Source: Candidatus Thermofontivivens primus
GTDB taxonomy: Bacteria; Sysuimicrobiota; Sysuimicrobiia; Sysuimicrobiales; Thermofontiviventaceae
Length of the DNA stretch: 64,000 nucleotides
Direction: 5' to 3'
Assembly (NCBI GenBank): GCA_031458695.1
Contig: JAVKJW010000004.1
Location: 1-64,000 of the forward strand
Shown: positions 46,371 through 55,515 of the stretch, in pieces
Position numbering within the stretch: position 1 is the stretch's first letter
Layout: every line of letters starts with the position of its first letter
Made by a program: the position numbers and the translations under genes
The notes under the pieces: model-generated
Seen by the model: only the letters and a program-made list of their open reading frames with translations
Database searches by the model: none
What the model was told of the DNA's origin: nothing

Positions 46371-48902
46371 ATGGGGATCTTTCGGACCACAGAGGAACTC
46401 TACCGGATCATGGGCGCGTTCTTCGACCGGTTGAGCCAGGAAGAGCAGATTACCCGCCGCCTCGTCCAGGGGAACTTCGTCCTGCGTCTCCGTTTTCGCG
46501 ATCCTGAGGGGTTGATCACCATTGACCTGCGCCGCCTCCCCATCTCCTACCAATTCGGGGAGAGCGCCCTCGTTCCCGATGTGGAGTTGACCTCCTCTGC
46601 CGACCTCGCCCACCAGTTCTGGCTCGGACGCGTGAACATCCCCATGGCCGTTGCAACGCGCCAGATTGTGGTGCGCGGCTCAATCCGCAAGGTGCTGGAC
46701 CTCCTGCCAGCAATCACCCCGGCCTTCCAGATCTACCCGCTTGTCTTGAGGGAGCTGGGCTATGCGGATCTCCTCCCCAGGGCAGCTCCCGTCAGGAAGC
46801 GAAGGCGGAGGCTCGAGCTCCCTTTCTTTCGCCCTCGCCCCAAGGTGGAGTTGGAACGGCTACCCCACACTCCCATCCCTATCTTCGAGGAGATCCCTCC
46901 GGAGGCGCCCCGGAAGGCTCCCTCGCCCCTCCCGGAGGATCCTACAGCCCTCCGGCGGGAGATGCTCCGGCGCATGTACCTGATCAGGACGGTGGAGGAA
47001 CGCCTGGCCAGCGAGTTCCAGGCAGGTCGGCTCCCCTCGGAGGTCCTCTACCGCTCCACCGGGCAGGAAGCAGTGGGGGTTGGGGTGTGCTTCGCCCTCC
47101 GCCCGGACGATTTCATCGTCACCACCCACCGAGCCCTGGGACACGCCATCGCGAAGGGCGTAGAGGTGAACTCCCTTGTCGCAGAGCTTTTCGGGAAGGA
47201 GACGGGGTTGTGCCGGGGGAGGGGTGGCCCTATGCACGTTGCTGACGCGGGCGCCGGAATCCTGGCGACGAGTATCGTTGGGGCATCCTGCGTCCTCGCC
47301 ACCGGCTTTGCCTTGGCGGCGAAGCTCCGCGGGGAGGACCGGGTGACGGTGGCGTTCCTGGGCGATGGAGCCACCAACCAGGGGATGTTTCACGAGGCCG
47401 TGAACCTTGCAGCTGTCCTCGCTCTCCCCGTGGTGTTTGTGATTGAGAACAATCAGTACGCTGAGTTCACCCCCCTCCACCGTCACACCCTCGTGACCGA
47501 CCTGTCCAAGCGGGCGCAAGCGTATGGCATCCCCGGCGTCTCCGTCGACGGCAACGATGCCCTCGTGGTGTATGAAGCAGCGCGCGAGATGATCGAGAGG
47601 GCACGGCGAGGAGGCGGGCCTTCCCTCTTGGAATGCCGCACTTACCGCATCGCCGGCCATACCGAGGGTGAGGATGTGGTGTACCGGACAGAAGAGGAGG
47701 TGGAAATGTGGAAAGCAAAAGACCCCTTGACCCGCCTCGAGCAACTCCTTCTCCAGGAAGGGACGGTGGATCTGGCCACTGTTCAGGGATACGCCAGGGA
47801 GGCAAACCAAGCCGTGGAGCAAGCGCTCGCCTTTGCTCGAGAAAGCCCTGAGCCGAGCGTGGAGGGTCTCACCGACTTCATCTATGCCCCAGAGCGGGCA
47901 GTCCTGTTTCAGGAGGCCCCCCTCCCCAGGACGGAACGCCAGATCTCCTTCTCTGCGGCAATCCGCGAGGCTCTGATGCAGGCCATGGAAGAGGATCCAC
48001 GGGTCTACGTGATTGGAGAGGACGTGACCACAGGAGGGTACTTCGGAGTCACGGCAGGGCTAGTGGAACGCTTCGGAAGGGAGAGGGTGATCGATACACC
48101 TATCAGCGAGAGCGCGATCCTCGGATCTACCGTAGGAGCGGCGATGGCAGGCATGCGGCCCGTCGCCGAGATCCAGTTCGCAGACTTTCTGTCTTGCGGC
48201 TTCGACGCGATCCTGAACCATGCCAGCAAGCTCCGGTACATGTCGGGGGGGCAGTTCCAGCTTCCCCTCGTGATCCGCGCTCCCGGCGGTGGTGGGTTGG
48301 GGCTGGGCGCACAACACTCCCAGAGCCTTGAGGCCCTCTTCCTGCACATCCCCGGGATCCTCATGGTTGCTCCTGCAACTCCTGCAGATGCCAAAGGTCT
48401 TCTCACGAGTGCGATTCACTCGAACAACCCTGTGCTCTTCTTTGAGCACAAGCTGCTCTATGCGACCGTCGGTCCCGTACCCGAGGAGCGCTACACAGTT
48501 CCCCTCGGGCGCGCCGCCCTCCGGCGCGAGGGAAGGGATGTAACGGTCGTCGCCTTTGGGTGGATGGTCGAGCGGGCCCTGGATGCGGCCCGAATGCTGG
48601 AGGAGGAGGGCATCTCCGTAGAGGTGCTGGACCTTCGGACACTGATCCCTATGGATACCCAAGCCGTGGTGCGCTCTGTCGAAAGAACAGGGCGGCTCGT
48701 GATCGTCGAGGAGCCTCCCCTCACCGGAGGAGTTGGGGCGGAGGTGGCGGCGCGCATTGTGGAAGCCACCTTCGGGGTCTTGCGTGCCCCCGTTCGCCGC
48801 GTAGCCACCGTGGATACCCCTCTTCCCTACAACCGCAGGCTGGAGGGTGCGGCGATCCCTCACGCCGAGCGCATCCGGGAAGCGATTCTCAGTATCCTCT
48901 AA
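46371..48902 (+). CDS. SCP2-like domain fused to ThDP-dependent 2-oxoacid/acetoin dehydrogenase E1 alpha+beta
   Basis: Residues ~1-135 are SCP2-like (PDVEL..SAD.AHQFWLG.VN...A......V.G). E1alpha has GQEA, THR, GRGGPMH, GDGA...ENNQY and TYR..GH. E1beta has GEDV, DTPISE, EIQFADF, AQHSQ and FFEHK. Confidence 0.88.
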   Translation: MGIFRTTEELYRIMGAFFDRLSQEEQITRRLVQGNFVLRLRFRDPEGLITIDLRRLPISYQFGESALVPDVELTSSADLAHQFWLGRVNIPMAVATRQIVVRGSIRKVLDLLPAITPAFQIYPLVLRELGYADLLPRAAPVRKRRRRLELPFFRPRPKVELERLPHTPIPIFEEIPPEAPRKAPSPLPEDPTALRREMLRRMYLIRTVEERLASEFQAGRLPSEVLYRSTGQEAVGVGVCFALRPDDFIVTTHRALGHAIAKGVEVNSLVAELFGKETGLCRGRGGPMHVADAGAGILATSIVGASCVLATGFALAAKLRGEDRVTVAFLGDGATNQGMFHEAVNLAAVLALPVVFVIENNQYAEFTPLHRHTLVTDLSKRAQAYGIPGVSVDGNDALVVYEAAREMIERARRGGGPSLLECRTYRIAGHTEGEDVVYRTEEEVEMWKAKDPLTRLEQLLLQEGTVDLATVQGYAREANQAVEQALAFARESPEPSVEGLTDFIYAPERAVLFQEAPLPRTERQISFSAAIREALMQAMEEDPRVYVIGEDVTTGGYFGVTAGLVERFGRERVIDTPISESAILGSTVGAAMAGMRPVAEIQFADFLSCGFDAILNHASKLRYMSGGQFQLPLVIRAPGGGGLGLGAQHSQSLEALFLHIPGILMVAPATPADAKGLLTSAIHSNNPVLFFEHKLLYATVGPVPEERYTVPLGRAALRREGRDVTVVAFGWMVERALDAARMLEEEGISVEVLDLRTLIPMDTQAVVRSVERTGRLVIVEEPPLTGGVGAEVAARIVEATFGVLRAPVRRVATVDTPLPYNRRLEGAAIPHAERIREAILSIL

Positions 48903-48975
48903 GGACGGTTTATTGGGTTAACGCCACTCCGCTACGCTCCGTGGCTTACTGCAAGCAAATCACTCGATTCAAGAT

Positions 48976-49617
48976 TCACAGTCCCTTTGGGAGCCCGATC
49001 AAGAAAGGGTTGCTGAGGCGCTCCTGACCAATGGTCGTAACAGGACCGTGGCCTGGGTAGACCATGGTCTCGTCTGGGAGGGGAAGGAGGACCCGGGAGA
49101 TCGACCGCAGCAGTTCCCTGTAATCCCCACCTGGGAGGTCGGTGCGTCCGATGCTCCCTGCGAACAGAACATCCCCTACAAACGCGACGTTGTCCCCCAG
49201 GAGGACGATATGGCCGGGGCTGTGCCCTGGTGCGTGCGCTACCCGGAGAGTGTAGCGGCCGGCGGAGAGGAGATCCCCTTCCTCAAGGAGACGATCGGGG
49301 GGAGGAGTCTCGGGGATGTCTAGCCCCGCAAAGAGCTGCGCCCGTATCCGTGCAGAAGCGATGGCCTCCTGCTCTTGAGAGTGGGCAAGGAAGGGCGCCC
49401 CCGTCCGCTCACGCACCGAGCCCACGGCACCGATGTGGTCGAAGTGCCCGTGTGTGGCCACAATGGCCTCAATCTCCAGACCAAGCCGTTCGATCGCCTC
49501 GAGGATCAACGGAGCATCATCCCCGGGGTCAACCACGATCCCGCAGCGGGCCTCTTCATCGCCGATGATATAGCAGTTGCTCGCCAAGGGACCCACTACG
49601 ATCTGCTCAACGATCAT
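48976..49617 (-). CDS. MBL-fold metallo-hydrolase (glyoxalase II-like)
   Basis: THGHFDHIG, PGHSPG, GDVLFAGSIGRTD, PGHG. Confidence 0.92.
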   Translation of the reverse strand: MIVEQIVVGPLASNCYIIGDEEARCGIVVDPGDDAPLILEAIERLGLEIEAIVATHGHFDHIGAVGSVRERTGAPFLAHSQEQEAIASARIRAQLFAGLDIPETPPPDRLLEEGDLLSAGRYTLRVAHAPGHSPGHIVLLGDNVAFVGDVLFAGSIGRTDLPGGDYRELLRSISRVLLPLPDETMVYPGHGPVTTIGQERLSNPFLIGLPKGL

Positions 49618-49937
49618 CGGCCGCCCCCCCCTGCTCCATGAGCACTGCCTTTCCCCGCGGCGGGCTCCTTCGCTCTGGGTGCCGTGGGGAACCTGCTGAG
49701 ATAGCGATAAACGGCTTCTAGCCGGAATTTGAGCCGCTCCTCCCATCCCTCCCCGTCGATGTCACCTTCTGGCATGAACAGGACCGTCCGTGCCTGTCCG
49801 AACTGGATCCCAAACTCGAAGCCCGGGAAGGAACCCTCCCGGTAGAAGACCCACGCTCTGTCCACCTTTAGGCGTGGATCGATGGTCCTGGCAACGGCAT
49901 CGAGGCGCCGGAAAGCCTCCTCCTCGGAAATCGCCAT
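49614..49937 (-). CDS. hypothetical protein
   Basis: GAGGTGG RBS; stop overlaps the MBL start (ATGA). Confidence 0.65.
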   Translation of the reverse strand: MAISEEEAFRRLDAVARTIDPRLKVDRAWVFYREGSFPGFEFGIQFGQARTVLFMPEGDIDGEGWEERLKFRLEAVYRYLSRFPTAPRAKEPAAGKGSAHGAGGGGR

Positions 49938-50074
49938 CGTTACCCACCTCTGTGAGGTTGCTGCATCCATTCTAACACAAGAGGAAACTCCACCCTACGC
50001 AAGGAAGAATGAATGTAAGGGGTCTCGACTGGCTTCTCGGAGAAGTCTAGGGAACGGACTGGAGGCGATTCCCA

Positions 50075-51250
50075 ATGGAGGTAACAACTCGTCCCACAGA
50101 TTACTACGCCTTGGAGGAGCTCCTTACAGAAGAGGAGCGCCTGACCCGGGACATGGTGCGGCAGTTCGTCGAGCGGGAAGTTCTTCCCCATATCGGGGAG
50201 TGGTGGATGCGCGGGGAGTTCCCCCGCCATCTCGTTCCGAGGATGGCTGAACTGGGCATGTTGGGCGCGAACCTCCCACAGGAATACGGTTGCGCGGGGA
50301 TCGGGAACGTAGCCTATGGGTTGATCATGCAGGAGCTGGAATACGGGGACTCCGGACTCCGTAGCTTCGTCTCTGTCCAGAGCGCCTTGGTGATGTACCC
50401 TATCTACGCCTATGGAAGCGAGGAACAGAAACGGACATGGCTCCCCAAGTTGAGCAGGGGGGAGGTGATCGGGTGCTTCGGCCTCACCGAAACCTCTGCA
50501 GGCTCCGACCCCGCCTCGTTACAGACACGAGCCCGTCGAACCCGAGACGGCTGGATCCTGAATGGGACGAAGATGTGGATCACCAATGGCTCCATGGCCG
50601 ACCTTGCAGTGATCTGGGCCAAGGATGAGGAGGGGGAGATCCGCGGGTTCCTTGTGGAGACCTCCTGGCCTGGCTTCTCCGCCCACGAGATCAAGAATAA
50701 GGTCTCCATGCGGGCCTCAGATACAAGCGAGCTCGTCCTTGAGGATGTCCACGTGCCAGAGGAGTATGTTCTCCCCAAAGCCGTGGGGCTGAAGACAGCA
50801 CTCGGTTGCCTTACCCAGGCTCGCTATGGGATTGCCTGGGGTGCCGTGGGCGCGGCCATCGCCTGTTATGAGGAGGCCCGGAACTATGCCCTCGGCCGTA
50901 TCGCCTTCGGGAAGCCCATCGCCTCCTTCCAGATCATCCAGGAGCGCCTCGTAGACATGCTCACGGAGATTACGAAGGGGCAGCTCCTCGTCTATCACCT
51001 CGGGCGCTTAAAGGACAGCGGGAGGATGACGTACGCTCAGGTCTCCTTGGCCAAGCGCAACAACGTACGCATGGCCCTCAACATCGCCCGCGCCGCTCGG
51101 TCGATCCTTGGCGCCTACGGGATCACCGTGGAGTACCATGCCATCCGCCACATGTGCAACTTGGAGACAGTGGACACCTATGAGGGAACCTACGACATCC
51201 ACACGTTGATCCTGGGGAGGGATATCACGGGGATCTCGGCATTTTCATAA
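50075..51250 (+). CDS. glutaryl-CoA dehydrogenase-like acyl-CoA dehydrogenase
   Basis: DSGLRSFVSVQS.LVMYPI, GCFGLTE..GSDP, KMWITN, ARYGIAWG, KRNNV, NLETVDTYEGT.DIH. Confidence 0.88.
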   Translation: MEVTTRPTDYYALEELLTEEERLTRDMVRQFVEREVLPHIGEWWMRGEFPRHLVPRMAELGMLGANLPQEYGCAGIGNVAYGLIMQELEYGDSGLRSFVSVQSALVMYPIYAYGSEEQKRTWLPKLSRGEVIGCFGLTETSAGSDPASLQTRARRTRDGWILNGTKMWITNGSMADLAVIWAKDEEGEIRGFLVETSWPGFSAHEIKNKVSMRASDTSELVLEDVHVPEEYVLPKAVGLKTALGCLTQARYGIAWGAVGAAIACYEEARNYALGRIAFGKPIASFQIIQERLVDMLTEITKGQLLVYHLGRLKDSGRMTYAQVSLAKRNNVRMALNIARAARSILGAYGITVEYHAIRHMCNLETVDTYEGTYDIHTLILGRDITGISAFS

Positions 51251-51281
51251 GTGAGCCGGAAACCTTCCAACCTGAAACGTC

Positions 51282-52061
51282 TCAACTTTGCTTTCCGATC
51301 TCCTCCCGGATGAGGGAGAGCACGCGGCGCTTGATGGCCATGAAAGGCTCCGCGGTGGTTACCTCCAGAGTCCGCGGCCGGGGCAAGGACACAGGGATTT
51401 CCTCCTTGATGCGCCCAGGCCGCGCCGTCATCACGTACACGCGATCGCCCAGGAAGATGGCCTCGTCGATGTCGTGGGTGACGAAGAGAATGGTCTTGCG
51501 GGTTTTCTCCCACACCTGGAGCAACAGCTCCTGCATGAGCGAGCGGGTCTGCGCGTCGAGGGCGCCAAAAGGCTCGTCCATGAGCAACACCTCCGGGTCG
51601 TTGGCCAGGACCCTGGCGATGGCCACTCGCTGCATCATCCCCCCGGAGAGCTCCTTAGGATAGGCATGCTCAAATCCCACCAGGCCGACGAGCTCGATGT
51701 ACCTCCTGGCGATCTCCCGCCGTTCCTCCGCCCCAACGCCGCGGATGCGTAGCCCGAACTCCACATTTCCCTGGACGGTGAGCCAGGGGAAGAGGGTATA
51801 GGACTGGAAGACCATCCCGCGATCCGCACCCGGACCCTCGACGCGCCGCCCATCGAGAAGGATCTCCCCAGAGGTTGGCCGGATGAGCCCAGCGACAAGG
51901 CGAAGCAAGGTAGACTTCCCACACCCTGAGGGTCCCACGATGCTCACAATCTCCCGCTCCTGGACCTGCAGGGAGAGGCGGTCGATGGCTGTGATCGCCT
52001 GCCCCCTCCGGGCAGGGTAGATCATAGTGATGTCCCGGAGTACCAGCTTAGGAGCCGCCAT
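51282..52061 (-). CDS. NitT/TauT family ABC ATP-binding protein
   Basis: GPSGCGKST, LSGGM.QR, MDEPFGALD, VTHDIDEA. Confidence 0.94.
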   Translation of the reverse strand: MAAPKLVLRDITMIYPARRGQAITAIDRLSLQVQEREIVSIVGPSGCGKSTLLRLVAGLIRPTSGEILLDGRRVEGPGADRGMVFQSYTLFPWLTVQGNVEFGLRIRGVGAEERREIARRYIELVGLVGFEHAYPKELSGGMMQRVAIARVLANDPEVLLMDEPFGALDAQTRSLMQELLLQVWEKTRKTILFVTHDIDEAIFLGDRVYVMTARPGRIKEEIPVSLPRPRTLEVTTAEPFMAIKRRVLSLIREEIGKQS

Positions 52062-52064
52062 CCC

Positions 52065-52898
52065 TCACACCTTCGGGGACCAGGGCAGGAGGATGCGGTG
52101 GAGCCACTTGAAGAACTGGTCCGTAGCAAACCCAAGGAGACCAATGACCATGAGCCCCACGAAGATCCTATCTGTGAACAGGCCGCGCATCGAGTCCAGG
52201 ATGAGGTAACCGAGCCCGCGATCCGCTGCCACAAGCTCCGCCACAACGAGATAGGTCCAAGCCCACCCCATGGTGATGCGGAGGTTGTCCATGACGCCGG
52301 GAAGGGTTGCTGGGACGAGGACCCGGGTGATGACGTGGGCCCTGGACGCGCCGAGAGTGTAGGCAGCGTCCAGGAGGTCCTTGGAGACGTGTGCCGAGAC
52401 GTCGGCCACGAGCAGGATCAGCTGGAAGAAGGTGCCGATGAAGATGACGGCGATCTTCTCCGCCGTCCCGATGCCAATGTACAGGATGAGGAGGGGGATC
52501 AAGGCGCTCACCGGCAAGTAGCGGACAAAATCCACCACCGGCTCGATGAGCGCCTCCACTACTTTGAAGCTCCCCATAAGGATCCCCAAGGGCACCGCCA
52601 AGGCCGCGGCCATGGCCCAGCCGGAAAAGATGACAAAGGTGCTTGCCTTGGCGTGGACAATGAGGCTTCCATCACGGTACAGCTCAATGCCTGTCCGTAC
52701 AATATCCGTCGGGGAGGGGAGGAAGAGAGAGCTCACAAACCCGCCATAGGTCAGGACGCCCCAAACGACTAGGGCACCGAGCCCTCCCGCGAGCATGATC
52801 GTGCGGTAGAGCGATCCCGGAATCGCCTCCTGGGGCTTCAGGTACTCCCCCATGGCTCTGAGAAAGCGCCCTCGCGCTCCCGGCCGTCTTCCCTGCAT
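52065..52898 (-). CDS. NitT/TauT family ABC permease
   Basis: FLPSP, RYLP..A, AYTLGAS, WTYLVVAE, GLG. Confidence 0.92.
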   Translation of the reverse strand: MQGRRPGARGRFLRAMGEYLKPQEAIPGSLYRTIMLAGGLGALVVWGVLTYGGFVSSLFLPSPTDIVRTGIELYRDGSLIVHAKASTFVIFSGWAMAAALAVPLGILMGSFKVVEALIEPVVDFVRYLPVSALIPLLILYIGIGTAEKIAVIFIGTFFQLILLVADVSAHVSKDLLDAAYTLGASRAHVITRVLVPATLPGVMDNLRITMGWAWTYLVVAELVAADRGLGYLILDSMRGLFTDRIFVGLMVIGLLGFATDQFFKWLHRILLPWSPKV

Positions 52899-52921
52899 CG
52901 CCCTCTAGGTACCCCCAGGCG

Positions 52922-53896
52922 CTACTTCGTCAAGAACGAGCTATCGAGAACGTCCCTGGCGGTAAACTTGTACCGGATCTTCCCCAGCTCCGTCCAGATG
53001 TCGATGGCCCGCTGGACTGTCTGGTACGCAGGTCCTGGATTGGCCGGCGTGCCGAAGAACTTGACGTTGCTCTCGTAATCGTAGTAGCGGATGCCCGTGA
53101 GAGTTTCGGCAAACACCTTCGGGTCGCTCAGCCACCCCCCGACGGCCTTGGCCATGACGGCGTTGGATTCCGCGGGGTTCTTCTTCCAGTACTCCACCGC
53201 CCTGTGCCACCCACGGGTGATCGCCATGATCGCCTCAGGGTGCGCGCGGGTGACGTCCTTGCGGAAGACAAGGGCATCCACAATGAGTCCTGGGGTCTTC
53301 GAGCTGTCGATGAGAAGATGCCCGTGGGGTGCCTGCTTGCCCTTGGTGAGCCAGGGCTCCCAGGTCACGGCCGCATCCACCTTCCCGGCAACAAAGGCAG
53401 CCCCGGCATCCCCCGCGGTCATGTTGACGACCACGATGTCCTTTTCCGTCAGACCGTTCTCCCGCAAGAGCACGCTCAGGAAGAAGTGTGAGACGGAGCC
53501 CTCAGTGAAGGCCACACGCTTCCCCTTGAGATCCTTGATGGATCGGATCTCCTTGCGAGCGACGATGCCATCCCCTCCCTTGGAGTCGTCGAGGGCGAGG
53601 ACGGCCACGAGCGGGAGCTCAGGCTTCACGTACAGGGTCATGGCATCCAGGGTGGTCGCCGAGCCATCAATACGCCGGGCCGCCAGCGCAGCGAAACGCG
53701 GCTTGATGTCCTCCATCTTGATGAGCTCGACCTTCACATCCTGATAGAAACCCTTGGCCTGGGCGAGGAACAGCGGGCCATAGCCCACCCATGTGGGGTA
53801 GCCGATTCGAATGGTTACGGGGGCGGAAAAGGTCCCTGAAGGCAGGAACATGACTGCAATCACTGCGAGCGTCAAGAGGAATCCAAAACGTCGCAT
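52922..53896 (-). CDS. NitT/TauT (SsuA/THI5-like) ABC substrate-binding protein
   Basis: Signal peptide; TWVGYGPL, DDS.GGDGI, VDAAVTWEPW, PGLIVD. Confidence 0.9.
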   Translation of the reverse strand: MRRFGFLLTLAVIAVMFLPSGTFSAPVTIRIGYPTWVGYGPLFLAQAKGFYQDVKVELIKMEDIKPRFAALAARRIDGSATTLDAMTLYVKPELPLVAVLALDDSKGGDGIVARKEIRSIKDLKGKRVAFTEGSVSHFFLSVLLRENGLTEKDIVVVNMTAGDAGAAFVAGKVDAAVTWEPWLTKGKQAPHGHLLIDSSKTPGLIVDALVFRKDVTRAHPEAIMAITRGWHRAVEYWKKNPAESNAVMAKAVGGWLSDPKVFAETLTGIRYYDYESNVKFFGTPANPGPAYQTVQRAIDIWTELGKIRYKFTARDVLDSSFLTK

Positions 53897-53980
53897 GGCC
53901 CACCTCCATATGCGTTCTCACATGGTAGTTCTCGTTTTCTCGGCTGAGTCCTCCGCTGCGGGAGGAACCCCATATTGCAG

Positions 53981-54020
53981 GAGAGGCCCCGGCAAACGCC
54001 TTTGGCTTTTACCGGGTAGT
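53981..54020. repeat. REP-like palindrome copy
   Basis: GAGAGGCCCCGGCAAACGCC-TTT-GGCTTTTACCGGGTAGT. Confidence 0.7.
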
Positions 54021-54092
54021 GAAGACAGGAAGTGCGATTCTTCCCGCGAATTGACCACTCGCGAACTCCCACGAATGTGAGGTGGTATCGCT

Positions 54093-55403
54093 GTGGAAAG
54101 CTTTGCCTCGCTCTTCAGCCGAATGAAGGATCTGATCGCTCCGCCGCTAGCGGAAGATTGGCCCAACCTCCCCGTGAGGAAAGCGGAGGGCCCTTATTTC
54201 TATGGTGTGGACGGGCGACGATATCTGGATTTTGTCTCCGGCATGGCCACCGTGAACCTGGGCCATAATCACCCGAAGGTGGTGGCTGCCGCGAAAGCCC
54301 AACTGGATCAACTGATCCACGGCCCTGTAGGTGTGGTCGCCTATGAACCTCTCCTCCGCCTGGCTGAGGAGTTGACAAAGATCCTGCCTTCCGGTCTGGA
54401 TATGTTCTTCTTTGCGAATAGCGGGGCGGAAGCCGTTGAAGGGGCCGTGAAGCTCGCTCGTTATGTCACCGGGCGGCCTGGGATTATCGCCTTCCGTGGA
54501 GGGTTTCACGGGCGTACCATGGGGGTCGTCTCCCTCACCACCTCTAAAGGGAAGTACCGCTTGCACTATGAACCTCTCCTCCCTTCGGTCTATTTTGCTC
54601 CCTTCCCCAATCCTTACCGTTGCCCTTTGGGAGGTGGAGAAGAAGCCGCATCCGAGTATGCACTTCAAGAGTTGGAGGCGATCTTCACCTATGAGATCGC
54701 TCCGGAAGAGGTCGCTGCCATGGTTGTAGAACCTGTCCTTGGGGAAGGAGGGTACATCATCCCTCCACGCCGCTGGCTCAAAGCTTTGCGTGAGATCTGT
54801 GATGCGCATGACATCCTCCTCATCTTCGACGAAGTCCAGACGGGGTTTGGCCGCACAGGGGAATGGTTCGCCGCGCAGACCTTTGGGGTTACTCCGGACA
54901 TCATGGCCATCGCCAAGGGCATTGCCAATGGTTTCCCCCTCAGTGTGGTGGCCGCTCCTAAGGACCTCATGCGGAGGTGGGGACCTTTCTCTCATGGAAC
55001 GACCTTCGGCGGTAACCCCGTAAGCTGTGCGGCTGCTCTGGCCACCATCGAGGCCATGAGAGAGGAAGAGGTGCTGGAAAATGCACGCTTGCAGGGAGCG
55101 TATGTCCTGGAGCGGCTGGGAAGATTGGTGAAGGAGGTTCCAGTAGTTGGAGATGTGAGGGGTGTAGGACTAATGATTGGGATAGAGCTTGTGCAGCCGA
55201 ATGAAACCAAAGCTCCAAACCCTGAGGCTGCAAAGCGAATCCTGAAAAGGGCGTTGGAAGGAGGGTTGGTGCTCTACCCCTGTGGGGTGGCAAACCACGT
55301 TATCCGGGTGATCCCTCCCCTCAACATCTCCCGGGAGATCCTCGATGGGGGGCTCAGTATCCTTGAGCGTGCAGTATACGAGGAGGTTTCAAACCAGGCA
55401 TAA
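54093..55403 (+). CDS. class III PLP aminotransferase (GabT/4-aminobutyrate-like)
   Basis: GHNHP, NSGAEAVE, FHGRT, EPVLGEGG, DEVQTGFGRTG, AKG, HGTTFGGNP. Confidence 0.92.
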   Translation: MESFASLFSRMKDLIAPPLAEDWPNLPVRKAEGPYFYGVDGRRYLDFVSGMATVNLGHNHPKVVAAAKAQLDQLIHGPVGVVAYEPLLRLAEELTKILPSGLDMFFFANSGAEAVEGAVKLARYVTGRPGIIAFRGGFHGRTMGVVSLTTSKGKYRLHYEPLLPSVYFAPFPNPYRCPLGGGEEAASEYALQELEAIFTYEIAPEEVAAMVVEPVLGEGGYIIPPRRWLKALREICDAHDILLIFDEVQTGFGRTGEWFAAQTFGVTPDIMAIAKGIANGFPLSVVAAPKDLMRRWGPFSHGTTFGGNPVSCAAALATIEAMREEEVLENARLQGAYVLERLGRLVKEVPVVGDVRGVGLMIGIELVQPNETKAPNPEAAKRILKRALEGGLVLYPCGVANHVIRVIPPLNISREILDGGLSILERAVYEEVSNQA

Positions 55404-55434
55404 CGCAGGCTTACGTTCGCATCGCATAGGAGGT

Positions 55435-55496
55435 TTGACACGCGCGCTGAGGGAGTGGTAGAGTGAGATGGGTCCCCTCCCATTGGGGAGGGGGTA
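55435..55496 (+). promoter_or_regulatory. promoter and candidate CsoR operator
   Basis: TTGACA-18-TAGAGT with extended TG; G/C-tract palindrome CCCCTCCC-ATTG-GGGAGGGG at 55474-55493. Confidence 0.55.
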
Positions 55497-55515
55497 AACC
55501 TTGAGGAGGATTGCA

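Noticed and set aside
48915..48950. Integron attC site (TAAC-GCCAC-TCCGCTACGCTCC-GTGGC)
   Set aside because: No matching RYYYAAC/GTTRRRY pair and no integrase. It is more likely a small hairpin between convergent genes.
53897..54092. Guanidine (ykkC-type) riboswitch upstream of the NitT/TauT SBP
   Set aside because: Only short resemblances (GGGTTCC, CCGAG) are present and the conserved 3' hairpin is missing. The main palindrome here is a REP-like copy.
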